Shown: positions 1 to 8,477 of the stretch, piece by piece
Position numbering within the stretch: position 1 is the stretch's first letter
Layout: the number at the start of each line of letters is the position of its first letter
NCBI GenBank assembly: GCA_013203315.1
Contig: JABMQJ010000020.1
Coordinates: forward strand, 1 to 64,000
Direction: 5' to 3'
Source: Candidatus Omnitrophota bacterium
GTDB taxonomy: Bacteria > Omnitrophota > Gorgyraeia > JABMRN01 > RBG-13-46-9
DNA: 64,000 bases
Program-made: the position numbers and the translations under genes
The notes under the pieces: generated by a model
Told to the model about the DNA's origin: nothing
What the model saw: only the letters and a program-made list of their open reading frames with translations
Databases searched by the model: none

Positions 1-796
1 CATACTTCTCGGTTATCATGTTGTTCGGGTCGAGTTTTTCACCATGCGTTATTTCTTCTAATATTGTTCCGTAGTCGTCAATCACAGTCGCTGTTCTCGT
101 GTAGCGTTCTTTCACATAGTGATAACCGGCTGCCACACCAAGCTTCTCACCTGTGGTTACCTGAGATACAAGGATACCGTATGCGTTGTAATCCAGTCTG
201 ACAATATATTTTTCACTGGCATTGAGGTACTTAATTTCTCGAATTGCTATCTTATTATTTATGATTTGGACTGTGTAATAGCCTTCTGCGAATAAAGGAT
301 GCTGCAGATGATACGGGTCTGCCGAAGCATCGAACGCTAAGTCTACATAATAGATACCACGTACTTTTTTAAACCGATTAACCGAAATGCGGGGGTCGTC
401 ACTTCTAACGCCTACTCTTCCGGCAAAGTCTTTAATTGTAGTCTCTTTAATTTTAATAAGCTCAGGTTTTGTCTTAGGGGCTTTTTTTATGGGCTGAGAT
501 TTTGTTGATACGGGTATTTTTAAAGAAGGCCCTTTTAGAAAATTCTTTTTTCCAATATCTACGAAGCTACCTATTTTTCTTATTTCGTGCCCATGCCGGT
601 TACCTTTAAGAAACATATTTGCGGCATCTTCGTCTTCTTCTATAATAGCTATTTCTTGGGTTTTCAAACTTAGCCTATCCAACGTCAGTATTTTAGTAGG
701 TGTCTCTACTATAGGTTTTTCGGGTTGTGGGTATGCGGACCCAATGGCCAAATTGGTTATTATTATAGCTGTTAACAAAATTTTAAAATATTTCAT
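1..796 (-). CDS. Large secreted protein, 5' part only (runs off the window), with YD/RHS-like repeats
   Basis: Hand-translated open frame from ATG at 796 with GGAGG RBS. Starts MKYFKILLTAIIITNLAIGSAYP (signal peptide); later LDYNAYGILVSQVTTG and IDDYGTILEEITHG repeats. No stop before the window edge, and absent from the supplied ORF track. Confidence 0.8.
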   Translation of the reverse strand, partial: MKYFKILLTAIIITNLAIGSAYPQPEKPIVETPTKILTLDRLSLKTQEIAIIEEDEDAANMFLKGNRHGHEIRKIGSFVDIGKKNFLKGPSLKIPVSTKSQPIKKAPKTKPELIKIKETTIKDFAGRVGVRSDDPRISVNRFKKVRGIYYVDLAFDASADPYHLQHPLFAEGYYTVQIINNKIAIREIKYLNASEKYIVRLDYNAYGILVSQVTTGEKLGVAAGYHYVKERYTRTATVIDDYGTILEEITHGEKLDPNNMITEKY

Positions 797-844
797 TTCA
801 TTTGCCTCCGTTTTATTCTTTTTAAAATCGTTTAGTTTGCAGAC

Positions 845-889
845 AAAAAAAATTCCCGAACTTCTTTAATATCTAAAATAAGTTGGGAA
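845..889 (-). terminator. Intrinsic terminator-like hairpin in the leader of the 796 gene
   Basis: Minus strand: TTCCCAACTT...AAGTTCGGGAA stem followed by a T8 tract. Confidence 0.55.
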
Positions 890-907
890 AATAAAAGCTG
901 CTTGCAT
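866..907 (-). CDS. Putative 13-aa leader peptide MQAAFIFPTYFRY
   Basis: GAGGAG RBS just upstream of ATG at 907; TAA at 868-866; the ORF covers the 5' arm of the terminator hairpin. Confidence 0.4.
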   Translation of the reverse strand: MQAAFIFPTYFRY

Positions 908-958
908 AATCTCCTCTTTATTAATATAATCCCGTTAAAAGAAAAAAAATTCAAAAAT

Positions 959-976
959 TGTTACACTTTTGTTACA
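959..976. promoter_or_regulatory. TGTTACA-N4-TGTTACA direct repeat (11-bp period)
   Basis: TGTTACA at 959-965 and 970-976; same motif family as at 24417, 26778, 43817 and 52808. Confidence 0.55.
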
Positions 977-1115
977 TTGCTATCTAAGTCCACCATATCC
1001 TAATAACGATTTTAATAGTAGGCTATTTTACTTTTCATGACTAACATTGTTCTATGATTACCCATATCTTTACGCTAGTCGTCCGAAGGACACCTATGTA
1101 AAAGGGATAAGATTA

Positions 1116-1150
1116 CAAAAGAGAAGGGAAAACATTTCCCTTCTCTTTTG
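1116..1150. repeat. Perfect 16-bp inverted repeat (bidirectional terminator-like)
   Basis: caaaagagaagggaaa-aca-tttcccttctcttttg. Confidence 0.7.
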
Positions 1151-1160
1151 ATATAGAAAA

Positions 1161-1234
1161 TTCCTATTAGGAGGGGGTGACAGGCCGCCGAAGGCGGCCG
1201 CCAAGAGGGGGAACCATAGGTTCCCCCTATGGAA
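1161..1234. repeat. Small GC-rich palindromic element (REP/MITE-like)
   Basis: ggccgcc-gaa-ggcggcc (1183-1199) and agggggaacc-ata-ggttccccct (1206-1228) in an AT-rich background. Confidence 0.4.
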
Positions 1235-1269
1235 ATTAAAAACCCCTCGTTAAGAGGGGTTTTTAATTT
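1233..1269 (-). terminator. Intrinsic terminator after tmRNA
   Basis: aaattaaaaacccctc-gttaa-gaggggtttttaattt immediately 3' of the ssrA CCA end. Confidence 0.75.
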
Positions 1270-1652
1270 GGTGGAGGTGGAGGGATTCGAACCCTCGTCC
1301 CCGAACTCTACCCAAGAAGTGTCTACATGTTTAGTCTGACTTTTGTCTTTTTCTTTCTGACTCCGTAAAACTGGATTCAGAAAGAAGCAGCTTCTGTCAA
1401 TTTAGCTCAAAAGTCCGAAGCCGACCCTTAAGCTTGCCTTTATTATGAACTCCTATTTAGCTTATAAGGCTAAAGCTAATGGAGCTGTTCCTGCAAATTG
1501 AGGAACATGTAACGCATCCGAGGCTATGATTGCCTCGGCCTCAGCTACTGCTTCGTTTGCGTTTATTTATCGCCAGGTGTTTAAAGAGGCCTCCCAGCAA
1601 CCTCTACATGCTGCTTCTCGACCAAAAATCCGGGTCGATACCTTTCACCCCC
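1269..1652 (-). ncRNA. ssrA: tmRNA (one-piece, 384 nt)
   Basis: 5' GGGGGTGAAAGGTATCGAC; 3' GGGTTCGAATCCCTCCACCTCCACCA with G3:U70 Ala identity pair; adjacent to smpB; tag frame from GCA at 1560 to TAA at 1464-1462. Confidence 0.95.
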
Positions 1653-1685
1653 AAATTGTCAAAGAAAATTTGATCCTGAAGGATC

Positions 1686-2147
1686 TTAACGCTTCCTCTT
1701 ACCGCTTAATGCCCGATCTATGTCCCGTTTCGCTTCCTTGCGCTTCACCGCTTCTCTTTTGTCATAGAACTTTTTTCCCTTGGCCAGGGCAATTTGCACT
1801 TTAGCAAAACTTCTTTTCAGGTATATCTTAAGAGGAATTACAGTCAAGCCCTTTTCCGACATCTTCGCAAAAAGGTATTTGATCTGGCTTTTTTTAAGAA
1901 GAAGTTTTCTTGGTCTTTTAGGGTCTATTTCATCGCGACGTGCGAATTCGTACGGGTTTATATGGAGATTATACAGGAAAAATTCGCCTTTTTCAACCTT
2001 TGCGAAGCCGTCTTTAATATTGGCCCGCCTGTTGCGTATGGACTTGATTTCACTGCCTTTAAGCGCAATACCGGCTTCAAAGGTTTCTAAGATAAAGTAG
2101 TCGCGATACGCTTGCCTATTAGTAACGATAGCGTTATTGTCGGGCAT
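1686..2147 (-). CDS. smpB: SsrA-binding protein
   Basis: NRQAYRDY, EAGIALKGSEIKSIR, RKLLL and GKKFYDKRE motifs; next to tmRNA. Confidence 0.97.
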   Translation of the reverse strand: MPDNNAIVTNRQAYRDYFILETFEAGIALKGSEIKSIRNRRANIKDGFAKVEKGEFFLYNLHINPYEFARRDEIDPKRPRKLLLKKSQIKYLFAKMSEKGLTVIPLKIYLKRSFAKVQIALAKGKKFYDKREAVKRKEAKRDIDRALSGKRKR

Positions 2148-2156
2148 AATCTCATA

Positions 2157-2516
2157 CTACTTAACTTCTTCGGTAGATTTCTTTACCCCTTCTCCAAAAT
2201 GCTCTATGCCTGCAGCGACACCCTTCATCGGCTCTTCAATAATGCCTTTTAGGCCTTCGCCTGCTTCGTCAACGGCAACCTTACCTGACCGGGAAGCTGC
2301 GTCGCCTTTGCCCTGCAGAGCCTCTCCTGATGCTTTTAGGCCTCCGCTTACAAAACCCGCTGTTCCTTTGCCGAGTTCTACGGTTCCCTTTACTGCGCCT
2401 GTAGCTACGTCTGTTAAGCCTTCTCCTGTTCCCTTTACTGCTTCATGAGGGGCAGCGCAGGAAACGATTAAAGGAATAATTGCGAGGGTAGCCAAAACTA
2501 TCAATACCTTATTCAT
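2157..2516 (-). CDS. Small Gly/Ala/Lys-rich lipoprotein of unknown function
   Basis: AGGAGGTG RBS before MNKVLIV (2516); IVSC lipobox; repeated AVKGT-type amphipathic segments. Confidence 0.7.
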   Translation of the reverse strand: MNKVLIVLATLAIIPLIVSCAAPHEAVKGTGEGLTDVATGAVKGTVELGKGTAGFVSGGLKASGEALQGKGDAASRSGKVAVDEAGEGLKGIIEEPMKGVAAGIEHFGEGVKKSTEEVK

Positions 2517-2600
2517 CGTACACCTCCTTTTATTTATTCTTTCTTTCGTCAAAATCACTTAACTTCCACTTTTTTTGAAAAAACCAAATCAGTACAAGAG

Positions 2601-2684
2601 TGCGGAAGGGGGGAGTTGAACCCCCATGAGATTGCTCCCACATGGCCCTGAACCATGCGCGTCTGCCAATTCCGCCACTTCCGC
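2601..2684 (-). tRNA. tRNA-Leu (anticodon CAG), CCA not encoded
   Basis: GCGGAAGTGGCGGAATTGGCAGACGCGCATGGTTCAGGGCCATG...GGTTCAACTCCCCCCTTCCGCA; long variable arm. Confidence 0.95.
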
Positions 2685-2688
2685 TTAT

Positions 2689-3528
2689 CTAATACGAGAC
2701 AAGTTCAACTGAGTGATTCTTTATTTCGTCGACAAATCCTTTGTCGCAAAGGGCCTTCAGTTCCTCTTCGCAATTCCTGTAATAAGGATGTTTTATTTTT
2801 ACATCCTCGGTAAAATATCCCGGATGGCAGCCTAGCTCTGTTAAGCCGTCTTTAAGGCGTGAAAGCGCGAACATCAAATTTTCCCTGCTTATTTCATGGG
2901 CCCGCGAATGCCCGATAAAATGGTCGTTATGCTTTACCCCGGAAGATTTTAACAATTTTTTTGATAAACCGCACATAGCCGATAGCGAAAGGTTGCGAAT
3001 CAGGATGTGGGGATCGGTAAGTTTCGTAATTATGCCTATTTTCTCCGCAGGAAATCTTACGTAATTTATATTTTCCTCTTTCATTAACCTTATCACGATT
3101 TCCAGTATGGCCGGAACCGTATGCACATGCTGGTGGCCGTCTATATGGGTTATTTTAAAATTCTCTTTTTTTATTTTAGAAATTTGGTTTTTGAATTCCG
3201 TGTAAATTTCATTTTTGCTTACGCGCCCTGTAAAAAATTTCGCGAGGAACTCCATATAGCTTTTTGGAAACCGTTTATTTTTATCAAGGAGCGAAGGAAT
3301 TTTCTCCGTCGGGCTAACGGGCCCGAAAGGACCTGTCAGGGCAAGGTGTACGCCTATTTTGTTTATGTTATTCTTCTTGGCAAGTTCCGCGGCGTGCCGG
3401 AAAGATTCCCCTACAGCAAGCATGCTCATGTCGGTAACCGCCCCACGGGTATAGCACTCTATAATACCCCTATTTACGTCACGAGCCAATCCGTAATCGT
3501 CCGCGTTTATTATTAGGCGTTTTGTCAT
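2689..3528 (-). CDS. YdjC/ChbG/HpnK-family carbohydrate deacetylase (NaxD-like)
   Basis: LIINADDYG, GVHLAL, THIDGHQHVH and ELGCHPG motifs. Confidence 0.9.
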   Translation of the reverse strand: MTKRLIINADDYGLARDVNRGIIECYTRGAVTDMSMLAVGESFRHAAELAKKNNINKIGVHLALTGPFGPVSPTEKIPSLLDKNKRFPKSYMEFLAKFFTGRVSKNEIYTEFKNQISKIKKENFKITHIDGHQHVHTVPAILEIVIRLMKEENINYVRFPAEKIGIITKLTDPHILIRNLSLSAMCGLSKKLLKSSGVKHNDHFIGHSRAHEISRENLMFALSRLKDGLTELGCHPGYFTEDVKIKHPYYRNCEEELKALCDKGFVDEIKNHSVELVSY

Positions 3529-3536
3529 TTTTTTTA

Positions 3537-4235
3537 TTAGCTGCCTCTCGTAAGTTTAAACCTTAGCATATCGAGTGCGGTTTGCACAATAACTGCCGGC
3601 CGTGAAATATAAGATTCACCCGCCTCTCTATGCTTAAAGATAACAGGGTATTGTTTTATTTTAAAATTTTTGTTTTTGGCATTCACGAATATCTCTACAT
3701 CGATAAACGGGCTTTTTGAAATAAGCTTCATCTCCTTAAAAACTTTTCTTTTATATATTTTAAAACCTGAATTTATATCCTTTATGTTTGTCGCAAACAA
3801 AAATTGCACGAGAAAGTTATATACCTTCGACATGATTACCCGGCGCACGGTTTCGCCTTTTTTAATCTTACTGTAAGCGGTTACGATATCGGACTGATCG
3901 AGGAGTTTAAGCGCATTCTTAATGTCGTTTGTCTCTATAGGGAGATCCGAATCCGTATAAATAATCACTTCTTTTTCGGCGCGTTCTATCCCTGCCTTAA
4001 GTGCCCCGCCGAATTTCGTATTGCGCTCAAGATGCACGACTTTTATATGCGAATCCTCTCGCGCCATTTCGTCCGCAACCAATCCGCTCCCGTCGGTGGA
4101 AGCATCATCGGATATAATAATCTCGTAATCTCCCGTGAGTTCTTCGGCAATCGCGGCAAGTTTTCTTGCGGTTTCGCGGATACCGTTTTTCTCGTTATAC
4201 ATGGGCAGGACAAAGGAAATGCTAGTAGGGGTCAT
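3537..4235 (-). CDS. GT2 polyprenol-phosphate glycosyltransferase (DPM1/ArnC-like)
   Basis: SFVLPMYNE, DDASTDGS, YTDSDL and DINSGFK motifs. Confidence 0.9.
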   Translation of the reverse strand: MTPTSISFVLPMYNEKNGIRETARKLAAIAEELTGDYEIIISDDASTDGSGLVADEMAREDSHIKVVHLERNTKFGGALKAGIERAEKEVIIYTDSDLPIETNDIKNALKLLDQSDIVTAYSKIKKGETVRRVIMSKVYNFLVQFLFATNIKDINSGFKIYKRKVFKEMKLISKSPFIDVEIFVNAKNKNFKIKQYPVIFKHREAGESYISRPAVIVQTALDMLRFKLTRGS

Positions 4236-5886
4236 TCTTGGTCCTTACTTTTAAAACTTTTACTCCCGGCGGTACTTTATTTGTGAGAAGCACCTTTTTC
4301 CCGTATTGATACACCACGTAAGTGGGCCTGTCGTAGGGTGTTTTTTCGTCGGTATAAAGCTGAATGTGATTTTTCTCCTTGATGATGCACCAGACGCGTT
4401 CATTTCTTTTTAAAAGCTTTGTGATAACGTCGTGCGAGTGAACATCCGGGGTGTCTTCCCTGTTAGTGTAAAACGCAACGCCCCTCCTGTAACGCGTCTC
4501 AGCGCCAAGTACTTCTCCCGGCTTTATAAGCGTAAGCGCTTTCTCGGATATCTCCTTAGCGGCTACGTATTTTCCTATTTCGGGCAAAACATAGTATGAC
4601 AATGGAAACGCAATGATCAAAAAAGACAGCATAAAAATAATAAGCCCGGTTTTGTATCTTTTTTTTAGCATCACTACCAAAAAAATAGTCATGAGCAGGA
4701 TAAATATCACCCCGGTTATAAGCGTAGGATTCGCAGCAGCCGGATACCTCATTTTTGTAGCGATATAAAGCCCGATTATCCCGCCAACCGGTATTATGGC
4801 AAACGCAAATAAGGAGATACGCATTACCGCATTTTGCTTTTTGCTAAAATTTTTCTTTAGAAAAACGTCCCACGTCCGGCCCAATAGCAAGGCAAGTGCC
4901 GGATAGAGAGGAAATATGTACGTCGGAAGTTTTGTCCGTGAAATCGAGAAAAATATGAGTATGACGCTAAACCAGACGGCTAAAAAAAGGTTCGCGCTTC
5001 TAATTCTTTTTTCTTTTTCTCTTACGGCCTGCCATATGCCAAGCGGCAAAAATGCTGTCCACGGGAAAAATCCGACTGCTATGACAGGAACATAATAATA
5101 AAAGTAGTCGCCCCACTTGTGTTCCGGGTGTAAAAAACGGGTTATATTGTGAAATCCGAAAAATACGTCTATAAATTCCTTTCCGTGCACCCTGTGCATA
5201 AGAATATACCACGGTACGGCTACGACCAAAAATAATAGTGTTCCGCGTATAAACGGTATTTCCTTCAGCCTCTTGAAATTAAGTTCTTTTGCCAGAACAA
5301 AATAAATGCCGATTATAACGAACGGTAAAAATACGCCGACAGGGCCCTTTGTAAGAACAGATAGCCCGAGAAAACAGGCTGACAAAAGATACCACTTTGT
5401 TTTCCCGGATTTTGCAAAGTATCCGTAAAAAAAGAATAAAAAAGATGCCAGCGTCAGGACGCCTAGTGCTATGTCCGTAACGCAGGCCCTTGATAAAACC
5501 AGGTATTTTACGCATGTAGCCAGAACTAGCCCTGCGAAGAATCCGGTCCTTTTATTCACAAATAGCTTCCCGAGTAAATAGACGCAAATTACACCCAGAA
5601 TGCCTATTACGCAGGACGGAAATCTTGCCGAGAACTCATTTACGCCGAAAGCCCTGAAGCTTAATACGACGAGCCAATAATAAAGTGGTGGTTTCTCAAA
5701 TTGCGGCTTGCCGAATATGTAGGGCGTAAGAAACTCATCGCGGCTTAGCATCTCCCTGGCGGTTTCAGCGTAAAACACTTCATCCGGATCCGTAAGAGGC
5801 ATGGCGCCCAGCCCTATCAGGAAAAGAGAAGCGCTAAAAAGGACAAGGATGAGGAGTAAGCTAATTTCTTTTTCGAATAACTTCAC
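4222..5886 (-). CDS. ArnT-like (GT83/GT39) integral membrane glycosyltransferase
   Basis: DPDEVFYAETAREM, FEKPPLYYW, LTKGPVG and KLPTYIFP motifs; many transmembrane helices. Confidence 0.9.
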   Translation of the reverse strand: MKLFEKEISLLLILVLFSASLFLIGLGAMPLTDPDEVFYAETAREMLSRDEFLTPYIFGKPQFEKPPLYYWLVVLSFRAFGVNEFSARFPSCVIGILGVICVYLLGKLFVNKRTGFFAGLVLATCVKYLVLSRACVTDIALGVLTLASFLFFFYGYFAKSGKTKWYLLSACFLGLSVLTKGPVGVFLPFVIIGIYFVLAKELNFKRLKEIPFIRGTLLFLVVAVPWYILMHRVHGKEFIDVFFGFHNITRFLHPEHKWGDYFYYYVPVIAVGFFPWTAFLPLGIWQAVREKEKRIRSANLFLAVWFSVILIFFSISRTKLPTYIFPLYPALALLLGRTWDVFLKKNFSKKQNAVMRISLFAFAIIPVGGIIGLYIATKMRYPAAANPTLITGVIFILLMTIFLVVMLKKRYKTGLIIFMLSFLIIAFPLSYYVLPEIGKYVAAKEISEKALTLIKPGEVLGAETRYRRGVAFYTNREDTPDVHSHDVITKLLKRNERVWCIIKEKNHIQLYTDEKTPYDRPTYVVYQYGKKVLLTNKVPPGVKVLKVRTKNDPY

Positions 5887-5910
5887 TTCTTTTGTTTACT
5901 CACTATTTTA

Positions 5911-6492
5911 TTAAGAAAAAATCTTTCTTGATTTTATTTTTGAATAGATCCACGCTGCCGTAATAAGCTTAGCGGCTGTTCCGGGAATAAAAGGGATAAA
6001 TCCCATGGACACTGCTTTCGTGAAACCGGCCCTGTAGCCGACAGCAAGCCATGTAATTCCGCATGCAAAAATAACCAAAATCCCCATAGACATCGCGAAC
6101 AGGATGTAGGAAAGGTTAGCTGAATCACGTTTTCTGTCAACGATCGCGCCCACAACAAAAGATGCCGCGATAAACCCTACAAGATATCCGCCTGTCGGCC
6201 CTGCCAGATGCAGGAAACCTGCCCCGTACCCTTGAAATATCGGCATGCCCAGAACGCCAAGCCCCACGTAAGAGGCCTGAGCAAGAGATCCCAGTTTTCT
6301 ACCAAGCATGGCGCCGCATAAAATGACAAAGAAAGTCTGAAGCGTTATGGGCACAGGGCTAAACGGAATAGGAATCCGTACATACGCACCGAGCGCCGTC
6401 ATTATTATGAAACTTCCTACAAGAATTGCCTTTGTAAGGCTTTTGTTCAAAGTAATGTCTTTAGCATTTAATATTAAGCTTATAGTACCCAT
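5911..6492 (-). CDS. bioY: Biotin transporter (ECF S-component)
   Basis: PVPITLQT, GPTGGYLVGF and FIPFIP motifs. Confidence 0.92.
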   Translation of the reverse strand: MGTISLILNAKDITLNKSLTKAILVGSFIIMTALGAYVRIPIPFSPVPITLQTFFVILCGAMLGRKLGSLAQASYVGLGVLGMPIFQGYGAGFLHLAGPTGGYLVGFIAASFVVGAIVDRKRDSANLSYILFAMSMGILVIFACGITWLAVGYRAGFTKAVSMGFIPFIPGTAAKLITAAWIYSKIKSRKIFS

Positions 6493-6515
6493 TGCATACC
6501 TCCTACTTTTAGTAA

Positions 6516-6544
6516 AGATTACTATAAAAACACGTTTTTGTCAA
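6516..6544 (-). promoter_or_regulatory. Sigma70-type promoter of the bioY-arnT operon
   Basis: TTGACA-N17-TAATCT. Confidence 0.5.
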
Positions 6545-6569
6545 TTGTGGGTTTTTGAATGGGGGTTTT

Positions 6570-8477
6570 TCAAAATTCGACGCTCGCGCCGCAGTAAGCA
6601 GCAAAACCGGGCATTTTTATATCGCCCTGTTCTGTGTATTCCGTGTTGAAAATATTGCTAAAATTGATAAAAAAACTGGCCTTACCCGTTTCGAACTTCA
6701 CGTCTTTATTGATAGTTGAGTCCAGCAAAAAGTATTTTTCGCTTCCGATTCTTTTTCTGAAGCTAAAGCTGAATTCCTGCGTAAGGCCGAACGGCAGTTC
6801 GTATTCAAGATTAAGGCCGAGGTTGTGTTTTAGGTATTCCAAGACATACTTTGAGGTAATCCCTTTTTTGTCTAACCCTTCCAGATAAGCGTATCGCAGC
6901 GCTATTTTTTTAAGAGGGGTTTTTAAAAGTTTTTGGAAATCAAACGCGAGCGATCCCTCTAAACCCCATATGTCAAATTCGCCTATGTTTTCCGACTGCC
7001 ATACGCTTGATGACGGACTTTCTTTTGTCCAGTCTATGATGTTTTCTGTGTTGCGCAAGAAAGCTGTGCCTTTTACGTTTATGCCATAAGTGGCATAATC
7101 CAAGCCGGCTTCGTAGCTCCAGGCTGTCTCTGGTTTTAGTTCGGAATTGCCTCTATTCGCCGGACTGGAGTAATAAAGTTCCGTAAATGTAGGGGCCCTG
7201 AAAGACCTGGCAATGCCGGCTCTTACTGAAAGCTCGTGGTTTCCGTAATCCTCTCCAAGGAAAGCCGGAAAAACTTCGTATGCGATATTCGCGGACGGAG
7301 AATAATAAGATCCGAATGTAGAGTAACAATCTGTCCGGAAGGACCCGTTTAAAATTAAATTCAAAATTCTACCTTCATACTCCAGAAACGCGCTATTCTT
7401 TAGACGGGAATGCCCGCCCAGGCTTGTGCTGGAAACTTCTTCTTTGCCGAGAAGCCCACCGAGAACTAAATTTCCAAAACTCGTCCTGATTTCTGAATTA
7501 ACTTCGCCGCCGTATAAATACGTGGTATGGTCGCTTCTTGAAAAACTCGGCCTGTTCCGGTCGAGTATGAATTTATCCTGCAGCCTTTTAAAGTAAAAAC
7601 TCGGCGCAACGGATATATTGCCTTTCTCCATTCTGCCCTTGGCGATAAAGAGCCCTGTGTTTATGCTTTCTTCCTCATCCGGGTATCTGCTTGAATAAAA
7701 ACTACCGGCGCCGAATTTCTTTGTGAGATATCCCATGAAAACATCAAGCTCCGCGTCGTCGGCCTCCACCCTGCTGAATGAAGAGGCTGTTAGGGTGTCA
7801 AATTCGGTTTCCGGGGCAAACCCCGTGCTTCTTTTCCATTCTACGGAAGCCCTGCTTTTTAACGGCCCGAGCGGAACGTTTAAAGATGCGAGTCCCGAAT
7901 AAAAATCCCACCATCCCGTGCTTGATGAGGCAAAAAAACCTATTTTATCCCCTGGTTTTCTGGGAACGAAGTTAATGGCACCTCCCAATGCGCCGGAGCC
8001 ATAGGCGCTTGAGGCCGGGCCATGGGTTATATCTATTCGCTTTACGTCATATAACGTAAAAGGTAGGTCCATGTTATGGTGGCCGCTTTTTGGGTCATTT
8101 AAACTAATCCCTTCAAACAAAACAAGGTTTTCCTCAAAAGGCGCGCCCCTTAAGCTTATATCGGCTTGCACGCCGTAAGGCCCCCTCGTCCTGACGTCCG
8201 TTAAGCTGAATTCCTTCAAGATTGACGGAATGGAAAAATGTGATACCGTTTCATCCTTTTCGAGAACAATGGTATCCTGGCTTCGTATGGGCAGCCTCTG
8301 ATCCCCTGAATGGATTCTACTTGAGGTAACTATGACAGGTTCGAGTTTAACGCTTGACCCTTGCGCGCTTTCTTCACCGGAAGCAGACGAAGATGGTACA
8401 ATAAATAGAACTAATAGAATGTAAACCAAAATTTTTCTTTGGGTTAACAAATAGAATAAAAAAAATTTATCTTTCAC
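6570..8477 (-). CDS. TonB-dependent outer membrane receptor (BtuB-like)
   Basis: Signal peptide, TonB-box-like PVIVTSSR, plug motif GPASSAYGSGALGGAINF, SFRAPTFTELY, LKPETAWSYEAG, C-terminal Phe. Confidence 0.9.
   Translation of the reverse strand: MKDKFFLFYLLTQRKILVYILLVLFIVPSSSASGEESAQGSSVKLEPVIVTSSRIHSGDQRLPIRSQDTIVLEKDETVSHFSIPSILKEFSLTDVRTRGPYGVQADISLRGAPFEENLVLFEGISLNDPKSGHHNMDLPFTLYDVKRIDITHGPASSAYGSGALGGAINFVPRKPGDKIGFFASSSTGWWDFYSGLASLNVPLGPLKSRASVEWKRSTGFAPETEFDTLTASSFSRVEADDAELDVFMGYLTKKFGAGSFYSSRYPDEEESINTGLFIAKGRMEKGNISVAPSFYFKRLQDKFILDRNRPSFSRSDHTTYLYGGEVNSEIRTSFGNLVLGGLLGKEEVSSTSLGGHSRLKNSAFLEYEGRILNLILNGSFRTDCYSTFGSYYSPSANIAYEVFPAFLGEDYGNHELSVRAGIARSFRAPTFTELYYSSPANRGNSELKPETAWSYEAGLDYATYGINVKGTAFLRNTENIIDWTKESPSSSVWQSENIGEFDIWGLEGSLAFDFQKLLKTPLKKIALRYAYLEGLDKKGITSKYVLEYLKHNLGLNLEYELPFGLTQEFSFSFRKRIGSEKYFLLDSTINKDVKFETGKASFFINFSNIFNTEYTEQGDIKMPGFAAYCGASVEF

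Noticed and set aside
1269-1345. Possible stand-alone tRNA or att-site fragment
   Set aside because: It is the 3' tRNA-like domain of tmRNA; no integrase or duplicate copy seen in the window
1526-1804. 92-aa plus-strand ORF
   Set aside because: Antisense to tmRNA and smpB; shadow ORF
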